From: Myxococcota bacterium
GTDB lineage: Bacteria > Myxococcota_A > UBA9160 > UBA6930
Direction: 5' to 3'
NCBI GenBank assembly: GCA_965223415.1
Contig: OZ245002.1
Span: forward strand, 3,296,001-3,360,000
DNA: 64,000 nt
Below the pieces are notes generated by a model, which did no database searches, was not told where the DNA came from, and saw only the letters and a list, made by a program, of their open reading frames with translations. This document shows positions 41,062 through 50,948 of this stretch, piece after piece. Numbering within the stretch: the first letter of the stretch is position 1; the number at the start of each line of letters is the position of its first letter. The translations under genes were made by a program, and so were the position numbers.

Positions 41062-42813
41062 CTACGGGCAGCTCGCCCCCGCCGGCGGAGGGCCGCCCGG
41101 ACACAGGTCCGGGCGCACGAACACCCGGATCTCCCGGCGCCTCTCGTCTCCGGCCACCCGCACCCGCCGGGGGCGGAAGCTCCGCCAGGGCACCAGGCCG
41201 TGGGCACGGGCCTCCGCCTCCTCGCGCTCGTCGTAGGTCATGGCCAGGGCGGGGCGGAAGCGCTCCCAGCCATCCGGGTTCTGGGGGATCCCGGCGGGCC
41301 GATCCGCACGAACGGTGACGGCGACGAGCCGGGTCTCGAGGGCGTAGGTGTAGGCCTCGGCGCCGACCAGCACACGGTCCGCCTCGGGCCAGTCCCGCGA
41401 CAGGGCGGCCAGGGCCCGCGAGGTATCGCGGACGCCGAAGGTCGGCGAGCGCAGCTCCGCAGCGATGCGCAGCCCGTCGACGGCGAGGATGGCGAGCAAC
41501 AGTGCCGCAGCCGGCAGGGCGACGGGGCGTGCCGGGAGCCACCCGCGCATTGCCACGGCGAGGAGCGGCCCGCCGACGAGGCCCGCCGTGGCGACCAGGG
41601 ACGTGACGCGCTGCTCCGGAAAGCCCGTGCCGAGGGCGTCGGCCAAGGCCCGGAGCGGCTCCCGCAGGGGAACGGCCGCCACCAGCCCGACGAATCCGCC
41701 GAGCAGCGCGCCGGCCGACGCCAGGCGCAGCGGGGAAGCGGCGTCGCGCGCCGGGAGGGCCACGGCCCCGCCGCGCGCGGCGAGACCGGCGAGCAGGGCG
41801 AGGGGCGGCATCACCGCGAGGAAGCGGCGGTCCGGCGCCCAGGAAAGCAGGGAGAGCAGGCCCAGGCCCACGGCGAGCCAGCACCAGGCGAGTCGCTCCA
41901 GCGCGCCGGTGGGAACGCGGCTCGCCCGGGTGAGGCGCGCCGCGCCGAAGCCGACCGCCAGGGCGAGGAGCGGCCACGAGAAGCGCAGGAAGGCGCTCCA
42001 GGGAAGGGCGGGGCGCGACAGCCCGACCGCGTGGACCGAGGGGAACTCGGAGCCTCGCGCGCCGAGGCCGCTCCGCAGGCTCCCGGCCAGGTCCGCCGCG
42101 GCGTCCGGGTGGGCCAGGGCCAGCGCGCCGAGGGCGGCGATGCCCGCCGCCCCTGTCGCCGCGAAGGCCAGAGGGCCGCGGCCGTCGAAAGGCCGGGAGC
42201 GTGCCCACTCGACCCACCAGAACAGCACGAGGGCCGGGAGCAGCACGGCCGCCGAGTGCTTCGAGGCCAGCGCCGCGCAGAAGGCCAGGCCGGCACCGAC
42301 GCCCCAGAGTGGCCGCCGGGTCGCGGCCAGCCCGCAGGCGGCGGTCACGAGCAGGAGCCCCATCTGCCACGACTCGACCAGGGCGACCCGGTTGTGGATC
42401 AGGTGGAAGTAGGAGAGGCCCAGGGCGAGGGCGGCGAGGAAGGCGGGCCAGACGTCCTCGCGCCGGCGCAGGAGGCCGTAGACGAGGAGGCACGCCGCGA
42501 AGCCGGACAGGGCGCTCAGGAGCCGCGTCTGGGCCAGGCCGACGCCCGCGACCGCGTAGACCGCCCGCAGTGCAGCGCTGTAGGCGGGGGCCATGCTGAG
42601 CCCCGGGTTGTGGTCGTCGGTCGTCCAGCGCCCGAAGACCGCCGCCTGACGGGCGTTGCTCGCCCAGGCGCCCTCGTCGGTGAGCACGCCGCGGAAGACG
42701 TCCAGGGACGGGTCGGCGTCCAGAGACAGGAGCCGCGGCGGGAGGGCGAGGGCCGCCAGCAGCAGCAGGGCGAGGAGATCGCCGCGCAGAACCGACTCGG
42801 TCCCCCGGCTCAC
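41062..42813 (-). CDS. GT-C fold glycosyltransferase (ArnT/PMT_2-like)
   Basis: Polytopic membrane protein; first-loop TDEG motif; ArnT-like RLLSAL, RVALVE, ALASK motifs. Confidence 0.72.
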   Translation of the reverse strand: MSRGTESVLRGDLLALLLLAALALPPRLLSLDADPSLDVFRGVLTDEGAWASNARQAAVFGRWTTDDHNPGLSMAPAYSAALRAVYAVAGVGLAQTRLLSALSGFAACLLVYGLLRRREDVWPAFLAALALGLSYFHLIHNRVALVESWQMGLLLVTAACGLAATRRPLWGVGAGLAFCAALASKHSAAVLLPALVLFWWVEWARSRPFDGRGPLAFAATGAAGIAALGALALAHPDAAADLAGSLRSGLGARGSEFPSVHAVGLSRPALPWSAFLRFSWPLLALAVGFGAARLTRASRVPTGALERLAWCWLAVGLGLLSLLSWAPDRRFLAVMPPLALLAGLAARGGAVALPARDAASPLRLASAGALLGGFVGLVAAVPLREPLRALADALGTGFPEQRVTSLVATAGLVGGPLLAVAMRGWLPARPVALPAAALLLAILAVDGLRIAAELRSPTFGVRDTSRALAALSRDWPEADRVLVGAEAYTYALETRLVAVTVRADRPAGIPQNPDGWERFRPALAMTYDEREEAEARAHGLVPWRSFRPRRVRVAGDERRREIRVFVRPDLCPGGPPPAGASCP

Positions 42814-43118
42814 GCGTTGTAGACCAGCACGCCCAGGACGATCAGTCCCACCGACGCCGCCTGGCGAGCCGTGACGCGCTCGCCTAGCAACGCGCGGGAG
42901 AGCGCCAGCGCGATCACCGGGATGAACCCGTTGGCCATGTAGACGGTGCCGACCTCGAGGCCGCGCAGGGCGACGTAGTAGCCGACCTGTCCCACGAGGA
43001 ACGCCGCGACGGCCAGGAGGAGGGTCGGCGCCGAGCGGCCGACCAGGGAGCCGCGGAGCAGCACGTGTCCGGCGGCGGCCGCCGCGACACCTCCCGCCAG
43101 GGCCGCCAGGTGCATCAT
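42810..43118 (-). CDS. SMR/EamA-like small membrane protein (ArnE/F-like flippase subunit)
   Basis: About 100 aa, four TM helices, LLGERVT...GLIVLGV C-terminus. Confidence 0.7.
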   Translation of the reverse strand: MMHLAALAGGVAAAAAGHVLLRGSLVGRSAPTLLLAVAAFLVGQVGYYVALRGLEVGTVYMANGFIPVIALALSRALLGERVTARQAASVGLIVLGVLVYNA

Positions 43119-43480
43119 CGCTCCGACCCGGCAGAGAGGGCGGCCGCGCCGGCGGCGATCAGCAGGGCGCCCAGGATCTCCGCGGGCCCGACGGGATCGC
43201 CGAAGGCCACCGCCACCGGCAGCATGGCGGGGAAGAAGAGCGCGCCGAACGGGACCGTGCGAGCGATCGGAAAGCGCGCGTGGGCGAGGCTCCAGACGCC
43301 GAAGCGCACGCCGTTCAGGGCCAGCACGACGGCCATGCCCGCGGCGAGGAGAAGCGGTGTCTCCTCGGCCCGGAGATCCACGAGGCTCTTCAGGAGCACC
43401 GCGCCCAGCACCTGGAAGCCGACCGCCGCTCCGACGATGACGACGGCTCCCAAGCCTCCGGCCGTCTCAGACCGCGACAT
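43115..43480 (-). CDS. SMR/EamA-like small membrane protein (ArnE/F-like flippase subunit)
   Basis: About 120 aa, four TM helices, FQVLGAVLLK, FGDPV...GALLIAAG; translationally coupled to neighbour. Confidence 0.65.
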   Translation of the reverse strand: MSRSETAGGLGAVVIVGAAVGFQVLGAVLLKSLVDLRAEETPLLLAAGMAVVLALNGVRFGVWSLAHARFPIARTVPFGALFFPAMLPVAVAFGDPVGPAEILGALLIAAGAAALSAGSER

Positions 43481-44492
43481 CGGCGGCCTTCAGTGCGTCG
43501 CGGAGACGTGCGGCGGTGGCGGCGTCGAGGCGGACGCGGGCGCTCACCTCCTGGACGGGGACCGTGCGCACCGGTGGCCCCCAGCCCATTCGTTCGCCCA
43601 ACGCCGCGAGCGCATCCATCGGCGCCTCGCAGAACGCCTCGTACCCGACGATCCGGGCGCGCCCGCCGGGGAGTGCCGCGAGCTGCGCTGCGGCCATCCG
43701 CCGGTGATAGGCGACCTGGAAGGCCACGTCGTCGACCGGCTCCGCACCGCGGGGGCGGTCCGCGTCGTCCACGCCGTACACCCGCTGCGGGTCCCCCTCG
43801 ATGGCGCTGCGGGCGAGCAGCAGGGCCTGGGCCAGGAAGAAGGGATCCCGCTCGAGAATCAGGAACACGCTCTCCGGGAGCTCGGCGCCGACCCGGGCCG
43901 CAGAGGTGTTGAGCGAGTTGTTCTTCATCACCAGCGGTCGGTCGAAGGCCGCGTCCCAGGCGCCGAAGAAGCGCCGCATCGCGAGGGCCCGCTCCGGCGG
44001 GATGTGGGTCGTGGGCCGGCGCCGGTCCGGCTCCAGCCAGCGGTCCCAGAGGTGAAGGGCGTCGCTCGTGCCGTGGCCGCGCCGGGTCCGGCCGTAGTAG
44101 CTCTCGAGCGCGACGGCTTCGTTGCGGAAGGGGCGGCGCCGGAGCCCCGCGGCGCGGATCGGTGAGCGCGGAAACATCGAGATCCAGTTGGTCGGGTACG
44201 ACACGTCGAAGGCGCGGACCAGGGACTGGAAGACGAGGGTCGTGCCGCTGCGCGGGGGGCCGCCGACGAACAGCGGCGGGCGGGTCGCGGCCGGCGCGTC
44301 CCGGTAGAGCCGCTGCTCGCCCGGCTCGAGCAGCCGGTCCAGGGGCGAGAGGCACGCGCTGCCCAGGGCGGTCCACAGGGCGTAGTAGGCGCTGGCGTCG
44401 CGGCTCCGCAGCACCCGCGCCGCCAGCCCGAGCGGATCCTCGAAGTGGGCCGGGACGATCGCTGCGGCGCGCTCACGATCGGCCGGGGACAT
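43467..44492 (-). CDS. PAPS-dependent sulfotransferase
   Basis: 5'-PSB loop FVGGPPRSGTTL, VMKN, 3'-PB LERDP, VGYEAFC. Confidence 0.85.
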   Translation of the reverse strand: MSPADRERAAAIVPAHFEDPLGLAARVLRSRDASAYYALWTALGSACLSPLDRLLEPGEQRLYRDAPAATRPPLFVGGPPRSGTTLVFQSLVRAFDVSYPTNWISMFPRSPIRAAGLRRRPFRNEAVALESYYGRTRRGHGTSDALHLWDRWLEPDRRRPTTHIPPERALAMRRFFGAWDAAFDRPLVMKNNSLNTSAARVGAELPESVFLILERDPFFLAQALLLARSAIEGDPQRVYGVDDADRPRGAEPVDDVAFQVAYHRRMAAAQLAALPGGRARIVGYEAFCEAPMDALAALGERMGWGPPVRTVPVQEVSARVRLDAATAARLRDALKAADVAV

Positions 44493-44735
44493 GTGGCTCC
44501 CTCGCGGTGGGGTCCATGGGCAACGGCATGGTGCGTGAGTTCCACGCTGGAGGTCAGGGGTGGTGAGCCCCCGGGCCAGATTCGCCCGTCAATGCGCAAC
44601 TTGGCTCGTAACTATCTGTAACCGATTGGATTTCTGACGAAAAAGCGAGACGTGACCGAATCCCCCCGACACCGAAAGGGTGACCCGGGCCACAAAATCG
44701 ATGAAGGTACGTACACCCGTAGCCGCAGGCCCCCT

Positions 44736-45836
44736 ATGGAAGCTCCCCAGCGACCCAGGCTGCTTCTCGTCGTCGGCACCCGTCCCGAAGTGGTGAAGAT
44801 GGCTCCCGTGGTCCGGGCTGCGGATCGGCACGGCGTGCCCTTCCTCCTGGTTCACTCAGGCCAGCACTACGACGACGCCCTGGACGGCGTGTTCTTCCGC
44901 GAGCTCGGGCTGCCCGCGCCCTCGGTCCAGCTCGGAGTCGGCTCCTGCGAGCGCCCGGAGCAGGTGGAGCGGGTTCGCGGCGGCGTGCGGGAGGTGGCCC
45001 GCCGCGAGCGGCCCGACGTGATCGTCGTCCAGGGGGACACCAACTCCGCACTGGGCGGCGCCCGGGCCGCCGACGATCTCGGCATTTCCCTCGCCCATGT
45101 CGAGGCGGGCCTGCGCTGCGGCGACCTGGCGATGCCCGAGGAGCAGAACCGACGCGAGGCCGATCGGCTGGCGAGCCTGCGCTTCGCGCCCACTCCGGAG
45201 GCCCAGGTGGCACTGCTCACCGAAGGATGCGCGCCGGAGTCCGTGTTCGTCACCGGCAACACCGTCGTCGACGAGCTCGAGCGCCAGCTGCCCCGGGCCC
45301 GGGCGCGTGGGGCCGCGGCGCGTCTCGGCCTTCGGCCCGGCGCCTTCGGGCTGGCGACGATCCACCGGCAGGAGGCGGTCCACGACGGTCCGGTCCTGCG
45401 CGAGGTGCTGGCGGGTGTCGCCCGCGGCATGGACGCCTGGCAGCTGCCGGTCGTGCTGCCCGCCCATCCGCGTACCGCCCGGCGGATTCGCGAGCTCCGC
45501 ATCGACCTGTCCGGCGGTCTGCGGCTGATGCCGCCCCTGGGCTACCTGGACTTCCTCTCGCTCCTCGCCGACGCGGCGGTGGTGTGGACCGACTCGGGCG
45601 GCGTCCAGGAAGAGGCCTGCTGTCTCGGCGTGCCGTCGGTGGTGCTGCGCGACTCGACGGAGCGACCGGAGGCGGTCGAGGCCGGCGCCAGCCGGCTCGC
45701 CGGACGCGTCGCCACTTCCATCGAGGCCGCCAGCGCCGCCGCCCGCGAGGCGCCGCTCGGCTGGCCGAACCCCTTCGGAGACGGAAAAGCGGGCGAGAGG
45801 ATCCTGGCCACCTTGCTGCGCTGGAGTGAAAGATGA
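44736..45836 (+). CDS. wecB: UDP-N-acetylglucosamine 2-epimerase (non-hydrolysing; WecB/WbpI-like)
   Basis: GTRPEVVKMAP, SGQHYD, VQGDTNS, HVEAGLR, DSGGVQEEA, RDSTERPE, NPFGDG. Confidence 0.9.
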   Translation: MEAPQRPRLLLVVGTRPEVVKMAPVVRAADRHGVPFLLVHSGQHYDDALDGVFFRELGLPAPSVQLGVGSCERPEQVERVRGGVREVARRERPDVIVVQGDTNSALGGARAADDLGISLAHVEAGLRCGDLAMPEEQNRREADRLASLRFAPTPEAQVALLTEGCAPESVFVTGNTVVDELERQLPRARARGAAARLGLRPGAFGLATIHRQEAVHDGPVLREVLAGVARGMDAWQLPVVLPAHPRTARRIRELRIDLSGGLRLMPPLGYLDFLSLLADAAVVWTDSGGVQEEACCLGVPSVVLRDSTERPEAVEAGASRLAGRVATSIEAASAAAREAPLGWPNPFGDGKAGERILATLLRWSER

Positions 45837-47047
45837 GCGGACGTCGACTGCCCTCGGATCAGGACGCCAGCGGGCGCACCTTCGCCGCCGAGGAGCGCGA
45901 AGAGCTCGATCGCGTGCTTGCTTCGGGAACCCTCACGCCCACCAAGGGAGCTGCGGTGCGCGCCCTCGAGGAGCGCTTCGCCGCGTTGCTCGGCGTGGAG
46001 CACGCCTTCGCCTGCACGTCGGGCACTGCGGCCGTGCACCTGGCGGTGATGGCCCTCGACCTGGAGCCCGGTGACGAGGTGATCACCACGTCGGTTACCG
46101 ACATGGGGGGCCTCTCGCCCATCCTGTTCCAGGGGGCGATCCCGGTGTTCGCGGACGTCGACCCCGACACCCTGCTGGTGACGCCCGAGAGCGTCGAAGC
46201 GCGGCTCTCGCCGCGCACCCGCGCCATCGTCGCGACCCACCTGTTCGGCCGCGCCTGCGACATGGACGGCCTCCGCGCCCTGGCCGAGCCGCGCGGCATC
46301 GCGCTGATCGAGGACGCCGCCCAGGCCTACCTGAGCGAGTGGAACGGCGGGCTGGCGGGAACCCTGGGCGACCTCGGCTGCTTCAGCCTCCAGCAGGGCA
46401 AGCACATCACGACGGGGGAGGGCGGCCTCGTCACGACCGACGACCCGGATCTCGCCCGGCGCGTGCGCCTCGGCGTGAACAAGGCCTGGCCCTACGGCGA
46501 GGACGGGCCCGACCACGAGTTCCTGGCCCTGAACTACCGCATGAGCGAGCTGGTCGGCGCCGTGGCCTGCGCGCAACTGCCGCGCCTCCGCGGCGTTGTG
46601 GAGGCGCGGGTGGCCCGGGCCGAGGAGCTGACCCGCCGGCTCTGCGACGTCCCCGGTCTGACGCTCCCGGCGCCTCCGGCCGGCGGTGTGCACAGCTACT
46701 GGAAGTACGCGCCGACGGTCGACCCGGCCGTCGTCGAGGGCGGTGCCGTGGCCCTCGGCGCGCGCCTCGCCGATCAGGGCATCGCCTGTGCACCGCGCTA
46801 CATCCAGAAGCCCGCGTTCCGCTGCCGCGTGTTCCAGGAGCGCAACACCTTCGGCCGCAGCCACTGGCCCTTCGACCTGGCGCGCCCCGGCGCCTTGGAC
46901 TGGTCGGACGAGCGCTTCCCCGGCACCTGGCGCGGCCTGGAGCGTGTGCTCGTGCTGCCCTGGAACGAGCGATACGACGACGGGGACGTGGCCTTCATCG
47001 CGGACGCGGTTCGAGACGCCGCCCGCGCGCTGAAGGTGGCGGCATGA
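45833..47047 (+). CDS. DegT/DnrJ/EryC1/StrS sugar aminotransferase (WbpE-like)
   Basis: SGTAAVH, PGDEVI, IEDAAQA, FSLQQGKHITTGEGG (PLP Lys), NYRMSE. Confidence 0.9.
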   Translation: MSGRRLPSDQDASGRTFAAEEREELDRVLASGTLTPTKGAAVRALEERFAALLGVEHAFACTSGTAAVHLAVMALDLEPGDEVITTSVTDMGGLSPILFQGAIPVFADVDPDTLLVTPESVEARLSPRTRAIVATHLFGRACDMDGLRALAEPRGIALIEDAAQAYLSEWNGGLAGTLGDLGCFSLQQGKHITTGEGGLVTTDDPDLARRVRLGVNKAWPYGEDGPDHEFLALNYRMSELVGAVACAQLPRLRGVVEARVARAEELTRRLCDVPGLTLPAPPAGGVHSYWKYAPTVDPAVVEGGAVALGARLADQGIACAPRYIQKPAFRCRVFQERNTFGRSHWPFDLARPGALDWSDERFPGTWRGLERVLVLPWNERYDDGDVAFIADAVRDAARALKVAA

Positions 47048-48042
47048 GCGCCGCGGCGCCGGTCCGGACCGGCCTCCTCGGCGCGGGGCGCATCTCCCGG
47101 GCCTACGCCGACGCCCTGGCGGCGACGCCGGCCGCCGAGCTGGTCGCCGTCGCCGATCTCGAAGTGGAGGCGGCCGCCGCCCTGGCCCGCGAGCAGGACT
47201 GCGCCGCGTTCCCGTCGCACCGGGCGCTCCTCGAGGAGGGCGGCTGCGAGGCCGTCGTGGTGTGCACGCCGCCCGCGACCCACGAGCGACTCGCCGTCGA
47301 CGCGCTCGAGCGGGGCGTGGCGGTGCTGTGCGAGAAGCCCCTGGCCCTCGAGGCGGCCTCGGCGAAGCGGATGCTGTGTGCGGCAGAGGCCGCCGGCGTT
47401 CCTTTCACGATGGCGACGAAGTTCCGCTACGTGGCGGACGTGGAGCGGGCCGGGGAGCTCATCGCCGCCGGGCGGATCGGCGAGGTGGTCCTCTTCGAGA
47501 TCGCCTTCGCCGCCGCCGTCGACATGTCTCACCGCTGGAACGCGGATCCCACCGTCTCCGGAGGCGGCGTCCTGATCGACAACGGCACCCACGCCGTCGA
47601 CCTGATCCGCCACCTGGCGGGCCCCATCCTCGAGGTCCAGGCCTGTGAGGGCCGCCGGCTGCAGCAGCTCGCCGTCGAGGACACGGCGCAGCTCTTCGTG
47701 CGCACAGGCGAGGGCGTCGTCGGGCACGTGGACCTCTCCTGGTCCCTGGACAAGGACCAGGCCCACTTCCTTCACGTCTACGGATCCGAGGGGCTCCTGC
47801 GGGTCGGCTGGCAGGAGAGCCTGCTACGCACCGGCGACGGCCAGGTGGAGCGCTTCGGCGACGGCTACGACAAGCTGGACGCCTTCCGCCGCCAGCTCGA
47901 GGACTTCGCGGCCGTCATCCGCACCGGCTCCGCGCCCCGGGTGTCGGGTGCCGACGCCCTCTCGTCCGTGGAAGTGATCCAGGCCGCCTATCGTTCCCTC
48001 GAGGAGGGCCGGTGGCAACGGGTGCCAGGAGCGGGTGGGTGA
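47044..48042 (+). CDS. Gfo/Idh/MocA oxidoreductase (WbpB-like sugar 3-dehydrogenase)
   Basis: GLLGAGRI, CTPP.TH, LCEKPL, GGGVLIDNGTH. Confidence 0.88.
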   Translation: MSAAAPVRTGLLGAGRISRAYADALAATPAAELVAVADLEVEAAAALAREQDCAAFPSHRALLEEGGCEAVVVCTPPATHERLAVDALERGVAVLCEKPLALEAASAKRMLCAAEAAGVPFTMATKFRYVADVERAGELIAAGRIGEVVLFEIAFAAAVDMSHRWNADPTVSGGGVLIDNGTHAVDLIRHLAGPILEVQACEGRRLQQLAVEDTAQLFVRTGEGVVGHVDLSWSLDKDQAHFLHVYGSEGLLRVGWQESLLRTGDGQVERFGDGYDKLDAFRRQLEDFAAVIRTGSAPRVSGADALSSVEVIQAAYRSLEEGRWQRVPGAGG

Positions 48043-48662
48043 CGGCATGGGTCCATCCGACCGCCGAGGTCGAAGAGGGGGCAATCGTCGGTGAGGGCAC
48101 CCGCGTGTGGTCCCACGCTCACCTGCGCGGTCCGAGCAAGATCGGCCGGGACTGCATCGTCGGCGAAAAGACCTACGTCGCCTACGACGTGACCCTCGGC
48201 GACCGGGTCAAGCTCAACGCCTTCGTCTACCTGTGCGCCGGTGTCCGCCTGGAGGACGGCGTGATGGTGGCCGCCGGCGCGGTCTTCACGAACGACCGCT
48301 GGCCCCGGGCGGCGACACCGGATCTCGCCGCGCTCCTCCCGTCGGAGCCGAACGGGGACATGGGGCGCACCACCGTTCGCGCCGGCGCCACGATCGGCGC
48401 GCGCGCGGTGATCGGCGGCGGTCTCGAGATCGGCCGCTTCGCCATGGTCGGCATGGGCGCGGTGGTGACCCGCGACGTGCCCGATCACCACCTCGTGGTC
48501 GGGCAGCCGGCCCGGCCGATCGCCATCGTGTGTCGCTGCGGTCGCCCCCTCCACCGCCTGGAAGAGGGTCCGCCGCCCGCGCGGATGGGCTGCAAGGAGT
48601 GCGGCAGCGTGCTGCGGGTGGGCGAGGACGGCGTCGACTCCTTCGCCTACGGCTCCCGATGA
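48039..48662 (+). CDS. Hexapeptide-repeat N-acetyltransferase (WbpD-like)
   Basis: VHPTAEVE, left-handed beta-helix repeats, VFTND.WPRA, GQPAR, C-terminal CRCG...CKEC. Confidence 0.87.
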   Translation: MTAWVHPTAEVEEGAIVGEGTRVWSHAHLRGPSKIGRDCIVGEKTYVAYDVTLGDRVKLNAFVYLCAGVRLEDGVMVAAGAVFTNDRWPRAATPDLAALLPSEPNGDMGRTTVRAGATIGARAVIGGGLEIGRFAMVGMGAVVTRDVPDHHLVVGQPARPIAIVCRCGRPLHRLEEGPPPARMGCKECGSVLRVGEDGVDSFAYGSR

Positions 48663-49954
48663 CGAGCTGGGCGGTCGTCGGCGGCGGGCTCCTGGGCGGG
48701 ACCCTGGCCTGGCGCCTGGCCCGGGCGGGCCACGAGGTGACCCTCTTCGAGGGGGCCGCCGAGCTCGGGGGCCTGGCGGCACCGTGGCAGATCGGAGACG
48801 TGGTCTGGGATCGCCACTACCACGTGACACTCCTCTCCGACGCCTTCACCCGGGGCCTCCTGCGGGATCTCGCCCTCGAGTCCGAGATGCGCTGGGTGAA
48901 GACGCGGACGTCGCTGTTCGCCGATGGCCGGCTCGCTCCCTGCTCGAACGCGATCGACTACCTGCGCCTGCCGACCCTCGGGTGGATCGACAAGGCGCGG
49001 CTCGGCGCGACGATCCTGTGGGCCTCGCACATTCGCGACGGAGAGGCCCTCGATCGGGTGCCCGTGGAGGTCTGGCTCGAGCGGCTCTCGGGGCGGCGGG
49101 TCACGGAGCGGCTCTGGGCGCCGCTGCTCCGCTCCAAGCTCGGCGATCGCTACCCCGAAGCCTCCGCCGGCTTCCTGTGGGCGACGATCCAGCGGCTCTA
49201 CGCCGCCCGGCGCAGCGGCCTCAAGGAGGAGATGTTCGGCTACGTGCCCGGCGGCTACGCGCGCATCCTGGCCCGCCTCCACGAGGCGCTCGAGGCCGCC
49301 GGCGTCGACGTGCGGCTGAACGCGGCGGTGGCGGAGATCCGCAAGCAGGGCGGCCGCTGGCGAGTCGCCTTCGGCGAAGGCAAGGAAGCGAGCTTCGACA
49401 AGGGCGCGATCACGTTGAGCCCCCGCCGCACCGCCCGCATGCTGCCGGAGCTCCCCGCGGCTCACCGCGCGCGCCTCGACGCCCTGGGCTACCAGGGCAT
49501 CGTGTGCGCCTCGGTGCTGCTCGACCGTCCGCTGGCGGACGCCTACCTGACCTACCTGGTCGATCGCGACCTCCCGTTCACCGCCGTGGTCGAGATGAGT
49601 GCCTTCGTCGAACCGGCGGAGCTGGGTGGACACGGTCTGGTGTATCTCCCCTGCTACCTCCCCGCTTCCGACGAGCGCTTCCGCGCCAGCGACGAGGAGA
49701 TCCGCGAGCGCTTCCTCGCCGGCCTGCGACGGGTGCACCCCCAGGCCACGGAGGACCGGGTGCGCGCCTTCCGCGTCTCCCGGGTGGCAGAGGTGTTCCC
49801 GTTCCCGGTGCAGGGCTACCAGCAGAGCCTGCCCGAGGGCGAGCTCGGCCCGGGCCTCCACTGGGTCAGCTCCGCTCAGATCGCCGGCGGCACCCTGAAC
49901 GTGAACGACACGGTGAGCGTGGCCGAGGCGGCCGCCCGGGAGCTCACCCCGTGA
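48659..49954 (+). CDS. FAD-dependent oxidoreductase (amine oxidase/protoporphyrinogen oxidase-like, glyco-cluster type)
   Basis: VVGGGLLG, FE...LGGLA, DRHYH, GYVPGGY. Confidence 0.8.
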   Translation: MTSWAVVGGGLLGGTLAWRLARAGHEVTLFEGAAELGGLAAPWQIGDVVWDRHYHVTLLSDAFTRGLLRDLALESEMRWVKTRTSLFADGRLAPCSNAIDYLRLPTLGWIDKARLGATILWASHIRDGEALDRVPVEVWLERLSGRRVTERLWAPLLRSKLGDRYPEASAGFLWATIQRLYAARRSGLKEEMFGYVPGGYARILARLHEALEAAGVDVRLNAAVAEIRKQGGRWRVAFGEGKEASFDKGAITLSPRRTARMLPELPAAHRARLDALGYQGIVCASVLLDRPLADAYLTYLVDRDLPFTAVVEMSAFVEPAELGGHGLVYLPCYLPASDERFRASDEEIRERFLAGLRRVHPQATEDRVRAFRVSRVAEVFPFPVQGYQQSLPEGELGPGLHWVSSAQIAGGTLNVNDTVSVAEAAARELTP

Positions 49955-50937
49955 AGCCCTGGGCGAGCCTCTCCCTGGACCTCGACAACCAGTGGTCCTA
50001 CATGAAGACCCACGGCGATCCGGGCTGGGAGGCGCTGCCCTCCTACCTCGATGCCCTGGCGCCCCTGGCCCTGGAGCAGCTGGCCCAGCACGAGCTGCGC
50101 ATCACCTTCTTCGTCGTCGGACAGGACGCGGCCCTGGCGTCCAACCGGGCGGCCCTGCGCTCGCTCCACGACGCGGGCCACGAGATCGCCAACCACTCTT
50201 TCCGTCACGAGCCCTGGCTGCACCTCTACGCCGACGACGAGCTGGAGCGCGAGCTGCGGCAGGCCGAGGACGCGATCGGCGACGCCACCGGGGCCAGGGT
50301 GGCCGGCTTCCGCGGCCCCGGCTACAGCCTCTCGCTCCGGACCCTGGAGCTCCTCGCCGAGCGCGGCTACCGCTACGACGCGACCACCCTTCCGACCTGG
50401 ATCGGCCCCCTCGCCCGGGCCTACTACTTTCGGAGCGCAAGGCTCGGTGCGGAGGAGCGCGCCGAGCGCGGCGCTCTCTTCGGCCGCCTGCGCGACGGCC
50501 TCCAGCCCCTAAAGCCGCACCACTGGCAGCTCGGGGAGCGGAAGCTCCTGGAGATTCCGGTGACCGTGCTCCCCCTCGCCCGGGTGCCGATGCACGTGAG
50601 CTACCTGCTCACCCTGAGCGCCGCGTCCCCGGCGGCGGCGCGCGCCTACTTCCGCGCGGGGCTGGCCCTGTGCCGGGCGACCGGCTTCGAGCCGTCGATC
50701 CTGCTCCACCCCCTCGACTTCCTCGGCGCCGACGACGTGTCGGCCCTGGGCTTCTTCCCCGGCATGCAGCTCGAAGGACGGGTGAAACGCGAGCGGGTGG
50801 CGGAGTACCTGGCGGATCTCACGGCCCGGTTCCACGTGGTGCCGATGGAGGCCCACGCCGCTCACCTCGAGGCGCAGCCGCTCGCGCAGCGCCGCCCCTC
50901 CTTCCCGGAGGCCGCAGGCGTGGGCCTGCCGGCGTAG
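49951..50937 (+). CDS. Polysaccharide deacetylase (CE4)
   Basis: SLDLD, TFFVVG, HEIANHSFRH, GFRGPG, LLHPLDF catalytic motifs intact. Confidence 0.85.
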   Translation: MKPWASLSLDLDNQWSYMKTHGDPGWEALPSYLDALAPLALEQLAQHELRITFFVVGQDAALASNRAALRSLHDAGHEIANHSFRHEPWLHLYADDELERELRQAEDAIGDATGARVAGFRGPGYSLSLRTLELLAERGYRYDATTLPTWIGPLARAYYFRSARLGAEERAERGALFGRLRDGLQPLKPHHWQLGERKLLEIPVTVLPLARVPMHVSYLLTLSAASPAAARAYFRAGLALCRATGFEPSILLHPLDFLGADDVSALGFFPGMQLEGRVKRERVAEYLADLTARFHVVPMEAHAAHLEAQPLAQRRPSFPEAAGVGLPA

Positions 50938-50948
50938 AGAGGTACCCG

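Noticed and set aside
44560..44730. AT-rich stretch between the divergent glyco operons as ncRNA or mobile-element end
   Set aside because: No convincing fold or repeat; consistent with an ordinary divergent promoter region, and specific elements could not be assigned
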